Positions 1 through 11,474 of a DNA stretch of 64,000 nt are shown in pieces (position 1 is the first letter of the stretch; each line of letters opens with the position of its first letter). A program made the position numbers and the translations under genes. Source of the DNA: Isurus oxyrinchus. Lineage: Eukaryota. Under the pieces are notes generated by a model that worked only from the letters and a program-made list of their open reading frames with translations, ran no database searches and had not been told where the DNA came from. The DNA lies in contig JANJGN010000026.1 of assembly GCA_026770705.1 (NCBI GenBank), forward strand, positions 32,240,001-32,304,000. Reading direction: 5' to 3'.

Positions 1-196
1 TCAACACATAGATAACAGTGGATTGATCCTGGGTGAGGAAATCTTCCGTATCCACTTTGCCCCAACACGGGCTTTGACAAACACTCGAGTTTTTAACCCA
101 TAGACGGTTTTCCGTTTGCCCTCCAATTTACAGGAAACGCGTCGAAATGTCCGTTTATTTAATCGGTCCAAACAGCTTCCAGTTACAGCCCCTGAG

Positions 197-620
197 CTGC
201 GGGAAATCTACATCTGTTTAGCCGCCCTGATTCATTTCTCAGGTTAACGGGCCGATTCTGGCGGGGACGTAGTGAAGTGACATTGTATAATTGAATATCT
301 CTCTGGGCTCTTACAGGACATTGTGGAGGAGATTCCGTTTCACAGACACCGGCCACAGTCACAGTGAGTGAAGGACATAATGTTCAGTTGCTCTGTAATT
401 TTACAGCTACAACCAGCAACCCTGACCTTTTGTGGTACCGTCAGTATCCCAGCGGATCCCTGGAGTATCTGCTGCAGAGGAATAAATTTAGCGAGGACAC
501 AGGAAGATTACCGGGAGACCGTTTTTCAGCGGCGTTTGATGATATGAATCGCACGGTCCCGCTGAAAGTGTCTAAAACTGAACTGAGCGACTCCGCGGTC
601 TATTACTGCGCAGTGAGACC
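197..620 (+). CDS. TRAV/TRDV: TCR alpha/delta V segment (V1): V exon intact, leader begins with CTG rather than ATG
   Basis: Leader exon 197-242 is 46 nt ((L)REIYICLAALIHFS, donor GT at 243). Acceptor ttacag is followed by V exon 317-620: GHCGGDSVSQTP...LLCNF...LWYRQYP...DRFS...DSAVYYCAVRP, with Cys23, Trp41 and Cys104 intact. An RSS follows. Confidence 0.9.
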
Positions 621-659
621 CACAGAGACACAGAGCTAGGCTGAACCTGTACAAAAACT
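621..659 (+). other. 23-RSS of V1
   Basis: CACAGAG + 23 nt + ACAAAAACT. Confidence 0.93.
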
Positions 660-934
660 GCCAGACTGTCTCTCAACATAACCGTGCAGTAGGCAAACAA
701 TATGATCAGGGGTGAGTCTGACTTGATTCATGAATTTCCGATGTCTCGTACTTTTAACTCTATTATATAGTTCATTCGTAATATGTATATTATTAAAGTG
801 CAGTCAGTTTCCTGATATCCCAAAGTATCTCACCGTCACTGTTATAAAGCAACTCAGAAAGCTCAGCGCCAGTTGGACCCAGCATGATCCTACATACAGT
901 AATTTTTCAATGGCTTACCCGTTCCGGTGACGGT

Positions 935-1140
935 GATTGATGGATAGATATTGCCCAGGACAATTTCCTTCTCCTTCTTCCAAAGTGGAGCCGGAGGCAT
1001 CCTGCACAGCCGATTTAAAAGCTGGCCCCTCTGACGGTGCACCATTCCCTAAGGGCTGCATTGGGATATCAGCATTGATCCTGGGCCTCAAGTCTCTGAA
1101 AGGGGATTGGAAGCTTGAAGCTCCTGATTCAGAGGCGATA
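935..1140 (-). mobile_element. Degenerate SacSINE1/DeuSINE-like tRNA-derived SINE (5' part)
   Basis: The reverse complement resembles the shark SINE head/body (gcctctgaatcagg...agagacttgagg...tgcaccgtcagagggg...tcctgggcaatatctatcc). Recognised from memory, not by search. Confidence 0.6.
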
Positions 1141-2496
1141 GGGCTAATATCGGAGCCTCATCTGATAAACAATGGTTTCAAATTAGCCCTTATGCTGTTA
1201 ATTCTAAGACACCTGTATTTTTATGATAGGTAATATATAATGCATATGTGCACATGCAGGTAGGTGAGTGCAAAGTTTCATAGAGGTGATCAGCCTGATG
1301 ATTCATTGGCAGATTGGCATCGGCCTCTCGGTATTTCTACCACCTCCTCTCCCTGAACAGGATGTCAGTTTCGATCAGGTTCTCCCCAGTAAATGCCCGG
1401 ACTGTAGTTCCCGACAAACTGCCGATATCCTGTTGAGCGGAAAATATCTCTGAACAGACTGGAGACCAAATCCGGGAAACCCCAGGATGTGGTGACCGCT
1501 CATCAATACAATCCAGGAAGGAGGACAGGTTGAAATAAAGAAAAACAACTAAATCATACATTACTGGTCTACGTGGAAATAAGCAGACAATAAATTTAAC
1601 CCCTGGATTGAAACATTACTCGACAAGACAAAGAAAATCTTCTCCTGATGTCGTGCTTTTCCTGACTCAGGGCGTTCGGAAGCCTTTCCAACTTCAGCAA
1701 GTACGTTTCCAGTGAAGTCACTGTTGTGATGTTAGAAGAATTATTTCCACAGTGGGCAGCAGAGATGTTTACTTCTCTGTTAGAATGGGTTGTCACTCTG
1801 ACCCTGGATTAAAGGAATTTGTGGTTCCAGGTATTTTCCGGATACTTTGAACTTGTGGCAAATGGCAACCAGAAGATTTGGTGACAACATGTCTTTCTCT
1901 CACTGTGTTTTTGCCTCATTGAGGAATATTGATCAAAAAATTATGCTGCCCTCCTTATACGGGCTACCTCGTGATAACGGACCACGAAATACAATGGCTT
2001 AGCGAGTTCACTCTCTTGATCTCCTGTGTCATTCTCCTCCACATATCATGTAGTAAGATGGCATTAGCAACCAAAAACTTGCGTTGAATTTGTCCATGAT
2101 TATGCGTGGTAAAGTACTGTGGTGGTTTAATGTTGCCTTCTGCAGTATGGGTAATCTGGAAACTCTCCTGTTCTTACTGCCTGCCATGAGGCGTATTGAA
2201 AGGATTTACAAGCTGATAATTAACCTGCTTGTCCGCGTTATGAACGCACACTCGGTGGCGAACAAGTCTTGAAATGGGAATTGAACCGGGCACTTCTGAC
2301 CAAGAGGACAGGGACACTGCCTTTGCTCCGGCGCACCTCGTTCTGTGCTATGACAGCAGTAATCCACATAAAGGCTCTTGCCCTAAACGCGCAATCGTTT
2401 GCGGTGAACTGTCACGACGCCAAGCTATTTCCGCAGCTGTCACCTGTGACAGTGGAGAACTGACAGCTTTGTGAGTTTTGCCAAAGATAACGTCTT

Positions 2497-2515
2497 TCAG
2501 CGCCATCTAGTGGAG
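2497..2515 (-). promoter_or_regulatory. CTCF-binding motif candidate
   Basis: Minus strand CCACTAGATGGCGCT, near-consensus core. Confidence 0.7.
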
Positions 2516-3084
2516 TCCTGTCTGTGTAACAGCGATTCTCAATCTATTCTCCAATATTGCTGCATGACATTGCTGGATAATTATTGTCAGATTATTAAGG
2601 TTCCTTCGATTTCATTATTACCATCACTGCTGTATTTTTCATTGTTTTGCTTTTCCTACCTTTACTAGTGAAAACTAATTCCGAAGTTATTTGTCTTAGT
2701 TTTCTGACAAGCCTCCGTCATTAAGATGGTAAGCGCTAATTTGCACAGATAGATGAAATTCACTTTCATAAATTCATAAATCCAAAACTGATAAAGTTGG
2801 ATTGTTCCTTTGTAATAACGGAAGGGTTGATACGGCTCTAATAATCAAATAAGGATATTGAATGATGTATATATTTCAATTGAACATTAATCTTTATGTT
2901 CTATAATTATAAATATTAAAGTGCTGTGTTATTATGTTAAATTTCACGGATAAAGCGATTTACACTTCCCTTTACCGATTTTAGCTGTGTTGCTTTCATC
3001 CTGGAGCCCATGGGCGTGTTGTCTTCTCAGTCCCCATGTCGATTCAGTTACAGAACAGACTCCACGCATTTTTGCTTTACCGTG

Positions 3085-3328
3085 TTTCACTGCACTGTTA
3101 TACACGGCAGCTTCAGCCAGCCGAAACAGTGAGAGTGGAGGATCCTTTCTCACCGTTCACAGATGCTGCAAACCTTACCCGAACACTGTCATTTCTGAGA
3201 GTGGAGACGAGATACTCGTGAGCTTGATTGGAGAATTGCCTGTACCAGAAAACAAAGTCATTTGCAGCGAAATTGGCAACATTGTGAAGCGAAATGGTTT
3301 GAGCTGCAGTCCTTGGGTAAAATAATAC
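3085..3328 (-). pseudogene. TCR V pseudogene (V2)
   Basis: FVFWYRQF...RFAASVNGEKGSSTLTVS, then a frameshift to LAEAAVYNSAVK (Cys104 lost). Heptamer-like CACGGTA at 3078-3084; nonamer degraded. Confidence 0.85.
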
Positions 3329-3799
3329 CTGCAATGCCTCCGAGTGACAAGAAATGGCTGCCAAAGCAAACAAAAAAAAATTACATAGCTGTTTATAAAA
3401 GGAGAATCAAATAAAATGCTTGTGGATATAGGAATAATAAACTTATCGATCTCTATCTATCTCTTTATCTATCTATCTCTCTCCGTGCTTATTTTTCTTT
3501 CTTTCGCATATGGATCTTTCTAGGTACATGAGAATCAGAACTCTTTTTCTGCCCATCCCTTTATTTGATGTGTTGTAGAACCAAACAGAGAACATTTTAT
3601 TTAAAATATTTCGATATTCTATGTCTGCAGTAACAGCGAGAGGATGTTGCAACTTCATCCAGACCGAAGCTTCAAAAAGGAAAGAGTACAATTTCTGAAT
3701 ATCAGCGGAGTTTCAAAAGTTCTTGGTTTGAGGAAAGGGGGTGAAACACGACAACAAACAAGGTATTGTACAGCCGGATCCGCTCTATGTCTCATTGTG

Positions 3800-4077
3800 T
3801 CCCCATCGCATAATAATGCAATCCGGTGTCCTGGGCCGCGGTGCCATCTATAGAAATGGTATTGGAATTCTTTGCTCGGTCAACGGACAGTGTGTAGCGT
3901 CCTCTGTTCATATTCCTCTGGTATATGGATCCGATAAAGGCAGGAGCCCCTGTTAGTGCTTGTCTTAACCAGGCTACGGTACGGCTTGTACGGAAAGCCG
4001 ACAGTCCAGTTCAACCCGTTCCCGTTCCCGAGACATCATCTGCTCAGGGTGGGAACTCTGATCCTCACACTGAGCGG
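3800..4077 (-). pseudogene. TCR V pseudogene (V3)
   Basis: AQCEDQ...VELDCRLS, frameshift, then VAWLRQ...GRYTLSVDRAKNSNTISI...DTGLHYYAMG (Cys104->Tyr). RSS CACAATG(3793-3799)+23+ACAATACCT(3761-3769). Confidence 0.88.
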
Positions 4078-4167
4078 CTGCGAAAAAAAGAAAAATCATT
4101 CACAGACTGCACGGTATTAAGAGTTTGGTGAAACAAGGCGTCTGATCAGATACCTAAACTCACGCTG

Positions 4168-4380
4168 GTTCCGATTTCCATCTCAAAAAGGGCATTAGCG
4201 TTTGCTTAGACAGCAATCGACAATGGCTTCATGATCATCATTAGACTTTCAATGGCAGATTTTTTATTAAATTAAAATTCTACCATCTGCTATGGTAGGA
4301 TTGTGAACCCAGGTTTCGAGCGAACTACTCTCGATCGCTGGAGTACTAGTCCAGGGGAAGTGCCACTACGTTATCGCCAC
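4168..4380 (-). mobile_element. tRNA-derived SINE remnant
   Basis: Minus strand has an A-box-like (taacgtagtgg) and B-box-like (gggttcacaatcc) head, followed by a body typical of a common shark SINE. Confidence 0.55.
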
Positions 4381-4751
4381 CTCTCACCCATTGCCTTTTG
4401 ATGCTGTTTCGGTGCCAGTATGTAATATTGACCAACGCCTCCCCATCTCTCCCGACCGTTCCCGGCAGCCTTTGACCGCGGCCTGTTCACAGGGTTTATT
4501 TTGATCAGAGTGTGTTGCTGGGTCAGAGAATGTTTATGCACAATGAGCAGCTTTCACAAGGTAGTGACTGTGATCTTTAACACAAACCCAAAGTACAGAG
4601 TTCCCCCGCTGACCATTGAGCTTCAGAATGTTTCTTTAATGCTGGAATGTCTTCTGTTCCCATTAACAATCCCGAGATTGCAAGTTATAATTACTAGGCC
4701 AGGATTTCATCCCCCTCACCCCCATCTCTAAAAGTGCAGTCATTCCTCTAT

Positions 4752-4903
4752 CAGGACACTGACTGGACGGCAGCTCGGGGTGTTTGTATTCAATGTCAGA
4801 CAGCTCACCGCCGACGGATCTCACAGGCTAATGGAGGCACAAGGAAGTGAGGTGAGAACATCCTGAGACATGGCAGCAAATTATTGAGAGTGGGGATTAG
4901 AAC
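4752..4903 (+). promoter_or_regulatory. Orphan inverted copy of the V4 promoter/5'UTR region
   Basis: Aligns to the reverse complement of ~5635-5790 (shared acactgactg...aagtgaggtgagaacatcctga...ttagaac). No leader or V exon follows. Confidence 0.7.
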
Positions 4904-5129
4904 GGGTGTGTTCATGTCTGATTCTGTGATGGATCTGTTGGTTCGGTCGGATTCTACAGTTTAAAGCAAACTGGAAACCGTTTCGTGACAGTTTCATTCG
5001 AGGTTCATTTGGTTTCCTAGCTGGTTGTGTTTGAGCGACTGACAGTCGTATCTGCATCTGCGGAGATGCCATATAACCTGCAACGGGCAGCAGCTGGAAT
5101 CTATAGTTGAAATAAATTTTTGTAGAGTG

Positions 5130-5585
5130 AGTGAGAGAGCGCAGTAATACACGGCAGCGTCAGACAGCTGCAGAACCGAGATGGTTAAACTGTTGAATTT
5201 ATTCGAGGTCTGGAGCTTTACAAAAATAGACTTTAAAGAATATCTGATTTATCTTCACCACCACCCTAGTATTTCGCCAATATTAACTCAGGCTGTGAGT
5301 CTGGGTGTCGCCGGTACCAGAACAAATAGTAGATGCTCATTGTGGTATCATAGGTACAGCTTAAAGTTACCGCTTCTCCTTCTGTCTTAACATCTGAGCG
5401 ACAGCGGCTAATTGACAGAATCTCCATGACTCAGATCTGAAAAGCATGTGGAAACAGAAAAAAGTCAGACTGACGGCTGTTTAAAATTAACGTTTCAACC
5501 ATGTTGTTAAAATCAGAGAAAATATGAAACGTGTCTAGTCTGTCAGAAATGCTCCCCACATAACCCAGATGCTGAGTTGCCGCAT
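5130..5585 (-). pseudogene. TCR V pseudogene (V4)
   Basis: Leader 5540-5585 MRQLSIWVMWGAFLT with donor GT lost. V exon 5130-5436 (EGEAVTLSCTYDT...YLFWYRRHP...DAAVYYCALS) has stops and frameshifts. RSS collapsed. Confidence 0.9.
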
Positions 5586-6345
5586 TGTCGCTGTCCGCTC
5601 TGTAAAAGGAGAGTTGGATATTTGAAGATATCTGTTCTAAATGCCACCTTCAAAAATCTGCTGTCGTGATTCAGGATGTTCTCACCTCACTTTTGTATGT
5701 CCCCAGTGGTGTTGTGAGACCGGTAAATGATGAGTTTACGGTCAGTGAACGGAAACATCCCGGGCCGAGAGACAGTCAGTGTTCTTACAGGGTGAAATGG
5801 TTTCGCAGTTAGTCACGTCGGACAGGAGACTGAAACCTTTGATTAGTTGTTGTGATCGGAAACATGGGATTGCAAATTGGGTTCTTTATTCTGGCGTCAA
5901 TTCTTCAGTTCGAGTTCCAGTAGCCTTACCATCAGGGCACAGGTAACTGTGATTCCGCTGAGATTTCCATCCTCAATCAGTGAAGTAGTGAACTAACAAT
6001 CATTCCGCATTTTTCCAGAGTGGTTTTTTGCGTCCGCCATATTAAAGGGGTGTTACCTGCTTTTGCTAAACATGAAACGAGGTAAACATAAATAATAAAC
6101 TCGTGCTGCAATTTAATCAGCGTTACCATAACTGTCCTTTTCTATGGCCTACATTTAAATTTCTGTTTAAATTAGTTTTGCTCAATTGTGACATTCTTTA
6201 TGTTCGTGATGATTAATCTAAACATCCATAATAGACAGTTTGGATTTGCGATGAAAGAGAATTTGGAGTGCGGCACATCATTTTTCTTTTAGCAATTTGC
6301 CTCTCATGGGTTTGAAGTGGCAGGGAACAGAGCGCGGGTTGAATG

Positions 6346-6604
6346 TAAAATACTGCGGATGCTGGAAATCTGAAATAAAACAGAAAATGCTGGCAAATCT
6401 CAGCATCTGGGTGGTGGGGGGGGGGGGGGGGGGGAGGGCGGTGGGGGGGGGGGGAGTGGGGGGAACAAGTTTAACATTTCGAGTCCGTATGACTCTTTAT
6501 CAGGGCTATGTTTCCCTCTCCACAGAAGCTGCCAGACCTGCTGAGTTTTTCCAGGTATTTTTGTTTTTGTTTTGGATTTCCAGCATCCGCAGTTTTTTGC
6601 TTTT
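6346..6604. mobile_element. Non-autonomous hairpin element made of two inverted Penelope-like termini
   Basis: Starts aaaatactgcggatgctggaaatc and ends gatttccagcatccgcagttttttgctttt (inverted ends); same termini as the Penelope elements below. Confidence 0.75.
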
Positions 6605-7088
6605 CTCTGAGACATGTTCAGGCGCCTCTGATCAGGTTGTAAGAGGTTAAGCGTTTAATCACCGACAGTTCTTATTTCTAGGATGTGCAGTTTGAGCTGT
6701 CCTGGCTTAATATTCAGAACAGAAGCAAAGGTTTTATATCATTCAGCTACAGACTATAACAAGGAAGGTGAAAGGATTATGGATGAAAAATTGAGGCAGG
6801 CAACGAGACGGAATGAACAGGGAAAATATATCGAAAGGCAGGAAGTCAGTTAACCTTCCACAGGTGCATCTGTAAAGTTTATTTTCATTATAAATGTGAG
6901 CTGTTGATACAATTTTACAAGTGGACCTCACCTGTTCTTGTTGGGTGTTGTGTTTCAATGCAGTTTATATAAACCCTGTTAATCTTACGGTGACGGCTGA
7001 ATTATTGCTTCTGTTTTAATACTACCTCTAACTGGAACACTCGGCTTGAGTTTTTGTACAGTATCCGCTATATCACTGCAGCATTGTG

Positions 7089-7555
7089 GCTTCATGGTAC
7101 AGAAATACACGGCGGTGTCGGAGAACAGGGCTTTGATAATCATTAATTCAGTAATTTCGGCAGCTTTCCTAAACGTCGAAGAGAATCTCTCTGTAAAGTC
7201 TGGGTTCGCTTTGCTATCGCTCCATAGGGATAAAACACAAACTTTGGAGGCTGCCCGGGCTGCTGACCGTACCAGAAGAGATAAGGGCTGGGGCCGCTGG
7301 TTTTCAACGTGCACTTTATGGTGACATTTCCTTCCTGTTCAACCGTCATTTCAGGTACTGACTGCTCCACTGAATCTTTATGACTCCATTCTGACACAGA
7401 TGATGACAATATTTATCGTACATTATCATAACAAGCGCTTTGCTATTAACGATGTTTGAGATACGGCAGCCAGGGGCAGAATGGATTTTTACTGGGAAGC
7501 ATATACTTACTGAGAGGCGATATAATGAGTGGCGTGAGATAGTTCCACGAGATGT
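7089..7555 (-). pseudogene. TCR V pseudogene (V5)
   Basis: V exon 7089-7390: WSHKDSVEQ...IKCTLKTS...YLFWYGQQP, frameshift, then DFTERFSS...DTAVYFCTMK. Leader from 7511 lacks ATG. RSS CACAATG+24+ACAAAAACT (7049-7088). Confidence 0.9.
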
Positions 7556-7920
7556 TCTCTGGGCCTGTAACTTTGCAGTCTGTGAAATCCTATGTCAGGG
7601 TAGAAAAAGAGATCGCTCTCCCACTGTCCATCCAACCAATGTCAAACTGGAAAAAGCGGCAACAATGTCTACTTTAAACAGGGCAGGCAAGGCAAGTCAG
7701 AGCGAGAACAGCAAAAGGAAGCTGCGGGCGGGGCTACTGCAGGCAGCTTTGTCACACATAAGATTTATCTACTGAATCACACCTCCGAAAATTATATAAC
7801 TTTCACTCTCTGTAAGAACGGTAGTTTCATCCTTATTCCATATTGCCGACCAGCAGGCTTGCAAAAGCAATGTCCGAGTTAGCAAATTATTCAATAGTAA
7901 GCAAAAGCTTCACCAATGAC

Positions 7921-10530
7921 AAAAAGTACCTGGAAACACTTAGTGGGTCTGGTAGCATCTGCGGAGAGCAACACAGTTAACGTTTCAAGTCCGTATGACT
8001 CTTCAACAGATCTAAGTAAAAATAGAAAAGAGGTGAAATATAAGCTGGTTTAAGGTGGGGCGGGGGGTGGGGGTTGGAGTGCAGGAGGTGTGGTGGGGGG
8101 GGGAACAGGTTGAGCTGGATAAGGGCCAGTGATAGGTGGAGACAGGCAAAAGATGTCATGGACAAAAGGACAAAGAGGGGTTGAAGGCGGTGATATTATC
8201 TAAGGAATGTTCATATTAAGAGTAGTAAGCAGGACAAGCAAGCACAGATAGCCCTAGTGGGGGTGGAGTGGGGTGAAGGGAAGAGATCGAAATAGGCTAA
8301 AAGGTAGAGATAAAACAATGGATGGAAATTCATTTAAAAATAATGAAAATAGGTGGGAAAAGAAAAATCTACATAGATTATTGGAAAAAAGGGGCTATCG
8401 GAAAGGGGGTGGGAATGGAGGACAGAGTTCATGATCTAAAATTGTTCAACTCAATATTCAGTCTGGAAGGCTGTGAAGTGCCTATTTGGAAGATGAGGTG
8501 CTGTTCCTCCAGTTTGCGTTGGGAAGGGACTGACAAAGGGAGAGAGAATCCAGTCCCTTCCCACCTACATCCACGATTCCTCTGACACTCTCCATCATAT
8601 CAACAATTTCCAGTTCTCTGGCCCCAACTGCCTCCTCTTCACTATGGACGTCCAATCCCTCTACACCTCCATCCTCCACTGGTATGGCCTGATGGCTCTC
8701 CACTTCTTCCTCGGACAGAGGCCCGAACAATCGCCATCCACCACTACTCTCCTCTCTCTGGCTGAACTTGTTCTCTCACTGAACAATTTCTACTTAAACT
8801 CCTCTCACTTCCTCCACATAAAAAGTGTGACTGTGGGTACCCACATGGGCCACAGTTATGCCTGTCTCTTTATGGGGTATGTGGAACATTGTTTGTTCCA
8901 GTCCTATTCTGGCCCCTTCCTACAACCCTTTCTCCAGTACATCGATGATTGCTTCAGTGCTGCTTTATGCTGTCTTCTGGACCTGGAAAAATGTATTAAT
9001 TTTGCTTCCAATTTCCGCCCCTCCATCATTTTCACATGGTCCATCTCTGACACTTCCCTTCCCTTCCTTGACCTCTCTGTCTCAATCTCTGGTGATAGAC
9101 TGTCCACCAATATTCATTACAAGCCTACCGAATCCCACAGCCACCTCGAATACAGCTCCTCACACCCCGCTTCCTGTAAGGACTCAATGCCATTCTCTCA
9201 GTTCCTTTGCCTCCATCACATCTGTTCTGATGATGCCTCTTTCAAAATCAGTTCCTCTGACATGTCTTCCTTCTTCCTTAACCGAGGTTTTCCACCCACG
9301 GAGGTTGACAGGGCCCTCAATCACGTCCGGCCCATCTCCCACACATCTGCCCTCACATCTTCTTCTCCCTCCCAGAACCATGATAGGGCCCCCCTTGCCC
9401 TCACTTATCACCACACCAGCCTCCGCATTCAAAGGATCATACTCTGCCATTTCCACCAACCCCAGCATGCTGCCACCACCAAACACATCTTCCCTTCACC
9501 CCCCCTCCCCCTGGCGGCATTCCGCAGGGATCGTTCCCTCTGGGACACCCTGGCCCACTCCTCCATCACCCCCTACACCTCAACCCCTTCTCACAGCACC
9601 TTCTCATGCAACCGCTGAAGGTGCTACACCTGCCCATTTACCTCCCTTCTCCTCACCGTCCAAGGGTCCAAACACTCCCTTCAAGTGAAGTAGCATTTCC
9701 CTTGCACTTCCCTCAATTTAGCCTACTGCATTCGTTGCTCCCAATGCGGTTTCCTCTACATTGGAGAGACCAAACGCAAACTGGGTGACAGCTTTGTGAA
9801 CACCTTCGGTCTGTCCGCAAGCATGACCCAGACATCCCTGTCGCTTGCCATTTCAACACTCCACCCTGCTCTCATGCCCACATGTCTGTCCTTGGCTTGC
9901 TGCATTGTTCCAGTGAAGCTCAACGCAAACTGGAGGAACAGCACCTCATCTTCCAACTAGGCACTTTACAGCCTTCTGGACTGAATATTGAGTACAACAA
10001 TTTTAGATCATGAACTCTCTGATCCATCCCCATCCCCTTTCTGATCCCCCCTTTTTTTCCAATAATTTATGTAGATTTTTCTTTTCCCACCTATTTTCGT
10101 TATTTTTAAATGTATTTCCATCTATTGTTTTATCTCTACCTGTTTTCGATCTCTTCCCTTCACCCCACTCCAGCCCAACTAAGGCTATCTGTACCTTGCT
10201 TGTCCTGCTTACGACCCTTAATTTGGACATCCTTAGATAACATCACCACCTTCAACACCTCTTTGTCCTTTTGTCTGTGACATCTTTTGGCTATCCCCAC
10301 CTTTCACTGGCCCTCTATCCAGCTCTAACTGTCCCACCACCAACCCCCCACCCCCTTAAACCAGCTTATATTTCACTTCTTTTCTATTTTTAATTAGTTC
10401 TGTTGAAAAGTCATACGGACTCGAAACGTTAACTGTGTGCCTCCCCACAGATGCTGCCAGACCTGCTGAGTTTTTCCAGGTATTTTTATTTTTGTTTTGG
10501 ATTTCCAGCATCTGCAGTTTTTTGCTTTTA
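7921..10530 (+). mobile_element. Penelope-like retroelement, 5'-truncated, with an inverted copy of its 3' end
   Basis: RT remnant (MDVQSLYT...GTHMG...QYIDD) at 8644-9618, then a GIY-YIG remnant (LYIGETKRKLGD). 7921-8523 is an inverted copy of ~9920-10500. Degenerate TSD 7907-7920 / 10531-10544. Confidence 0.92.
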
Positions 10531-10944
10531 TCTTCATTAGTGATGCAGACTGAAATCAGGACCGAATACATGAGCAACAGGATTTGGAGTGGTTCTGTAT
10601 GAACGTACCAGCTAGTAGGAAAAGCTTTAAGTTGACATTAAAGGCGAGAAAAAGGAAATGTGCACAATTTTCAGAAAGACTGAAGACACGAGGGATAAGG
10701 AATAACTGGGAAGGGAAACATGTCGAAAAGTAAAAAAGAAGAAATAAGGCATCACCAATCCATTTCTCAATCTCATATCTATTAAAAATACAAGGTGCAA
10801 TTACAAACCAATATGATTGTGCAAGTGGACCTCACTTGCTGCTGTTATTGAGTGCTGTGTTTTGGTGCAATTTTAAGAATCTCCCTGTCACTTTCACTGT
10901 GGAAACTGAATTACCGGTGAGCACAGGATGAAACTGCCAGTGAG

Positions 10945-10984
10945 GGTTTTTGTACGTGTTCCGCTGTAGGTCTGTAGCAGTGTG
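10945..10984 (-). other. RSS of V6 (24-nt spacer)
   Basis: CACACTG + 24 nt + ACAAAAACC. Confidence 0.88.
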
Positions 10985-11474
10985 GGCTGCATGGCACAGA
11001 AATACACGGCGCCGTCAGGGATCATTGTGTTATTGATCGTTAGTTCTGTAATCCTGTTATTTTTATTAAACATCGAAGAAAATCGATCCGTGAGGTCGGT
11101 GTTCCTGTGCACATTCTCTCCAATAAGATGAAACATGTACATTGGAGGTTTCCCGGGGCGCTGACTATACCAGTACACATAAGGGTTAGGATCGCTTGTT
11201 TTCAAGATGCAGGTTAGTGTGACATTTCTCTCCTCTTCAACAGTTATTTCAGCAACCAGCTGTTCCACTGTATCTTGGTGGCTCCATTCTAATATAAACA
11301 ATAGCAATAACAACAATCAGTATCAAATTAACTAACATAAACATCATCACTGTTATTTTACTAACAATAACATCTGGGTCACAGCAGTCAGGAGGAGAAT
11401 GGAATTTTACTGGAAAGGAAATACTTACTGAGAAGTGAGATAATGACGAGGAGCGGAGCGAGTCTGTTCCCCAT
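10985..11474 (-). CDS. TRAV/TRDV: Intact TCR alpha/delta V segment (V6)
   Basis: Leader 11429-11474 MGNRLAPLLVIISLL with GTAAGT donor. V exon 10985-11288 is open: WSHQDTVEQ...VTLTCILKTS...VYWYSQRP...DRFSS...DGAVYFCAMQP. RSS present. Confidence 0.93.

Noticed and set aside
1290-1420. Promoter-like patch (two ATTGG boxes, ZNF143-like ACTACA motif)
   Set aside because: Weak motif matches with no associated leader or exon identified.
6408-6465. G-rich tract as a functional G-quadruplex
   Set aside because: Homopolymer expansion inside a Penelope-derived element; such runs are error-prone in assemblies.
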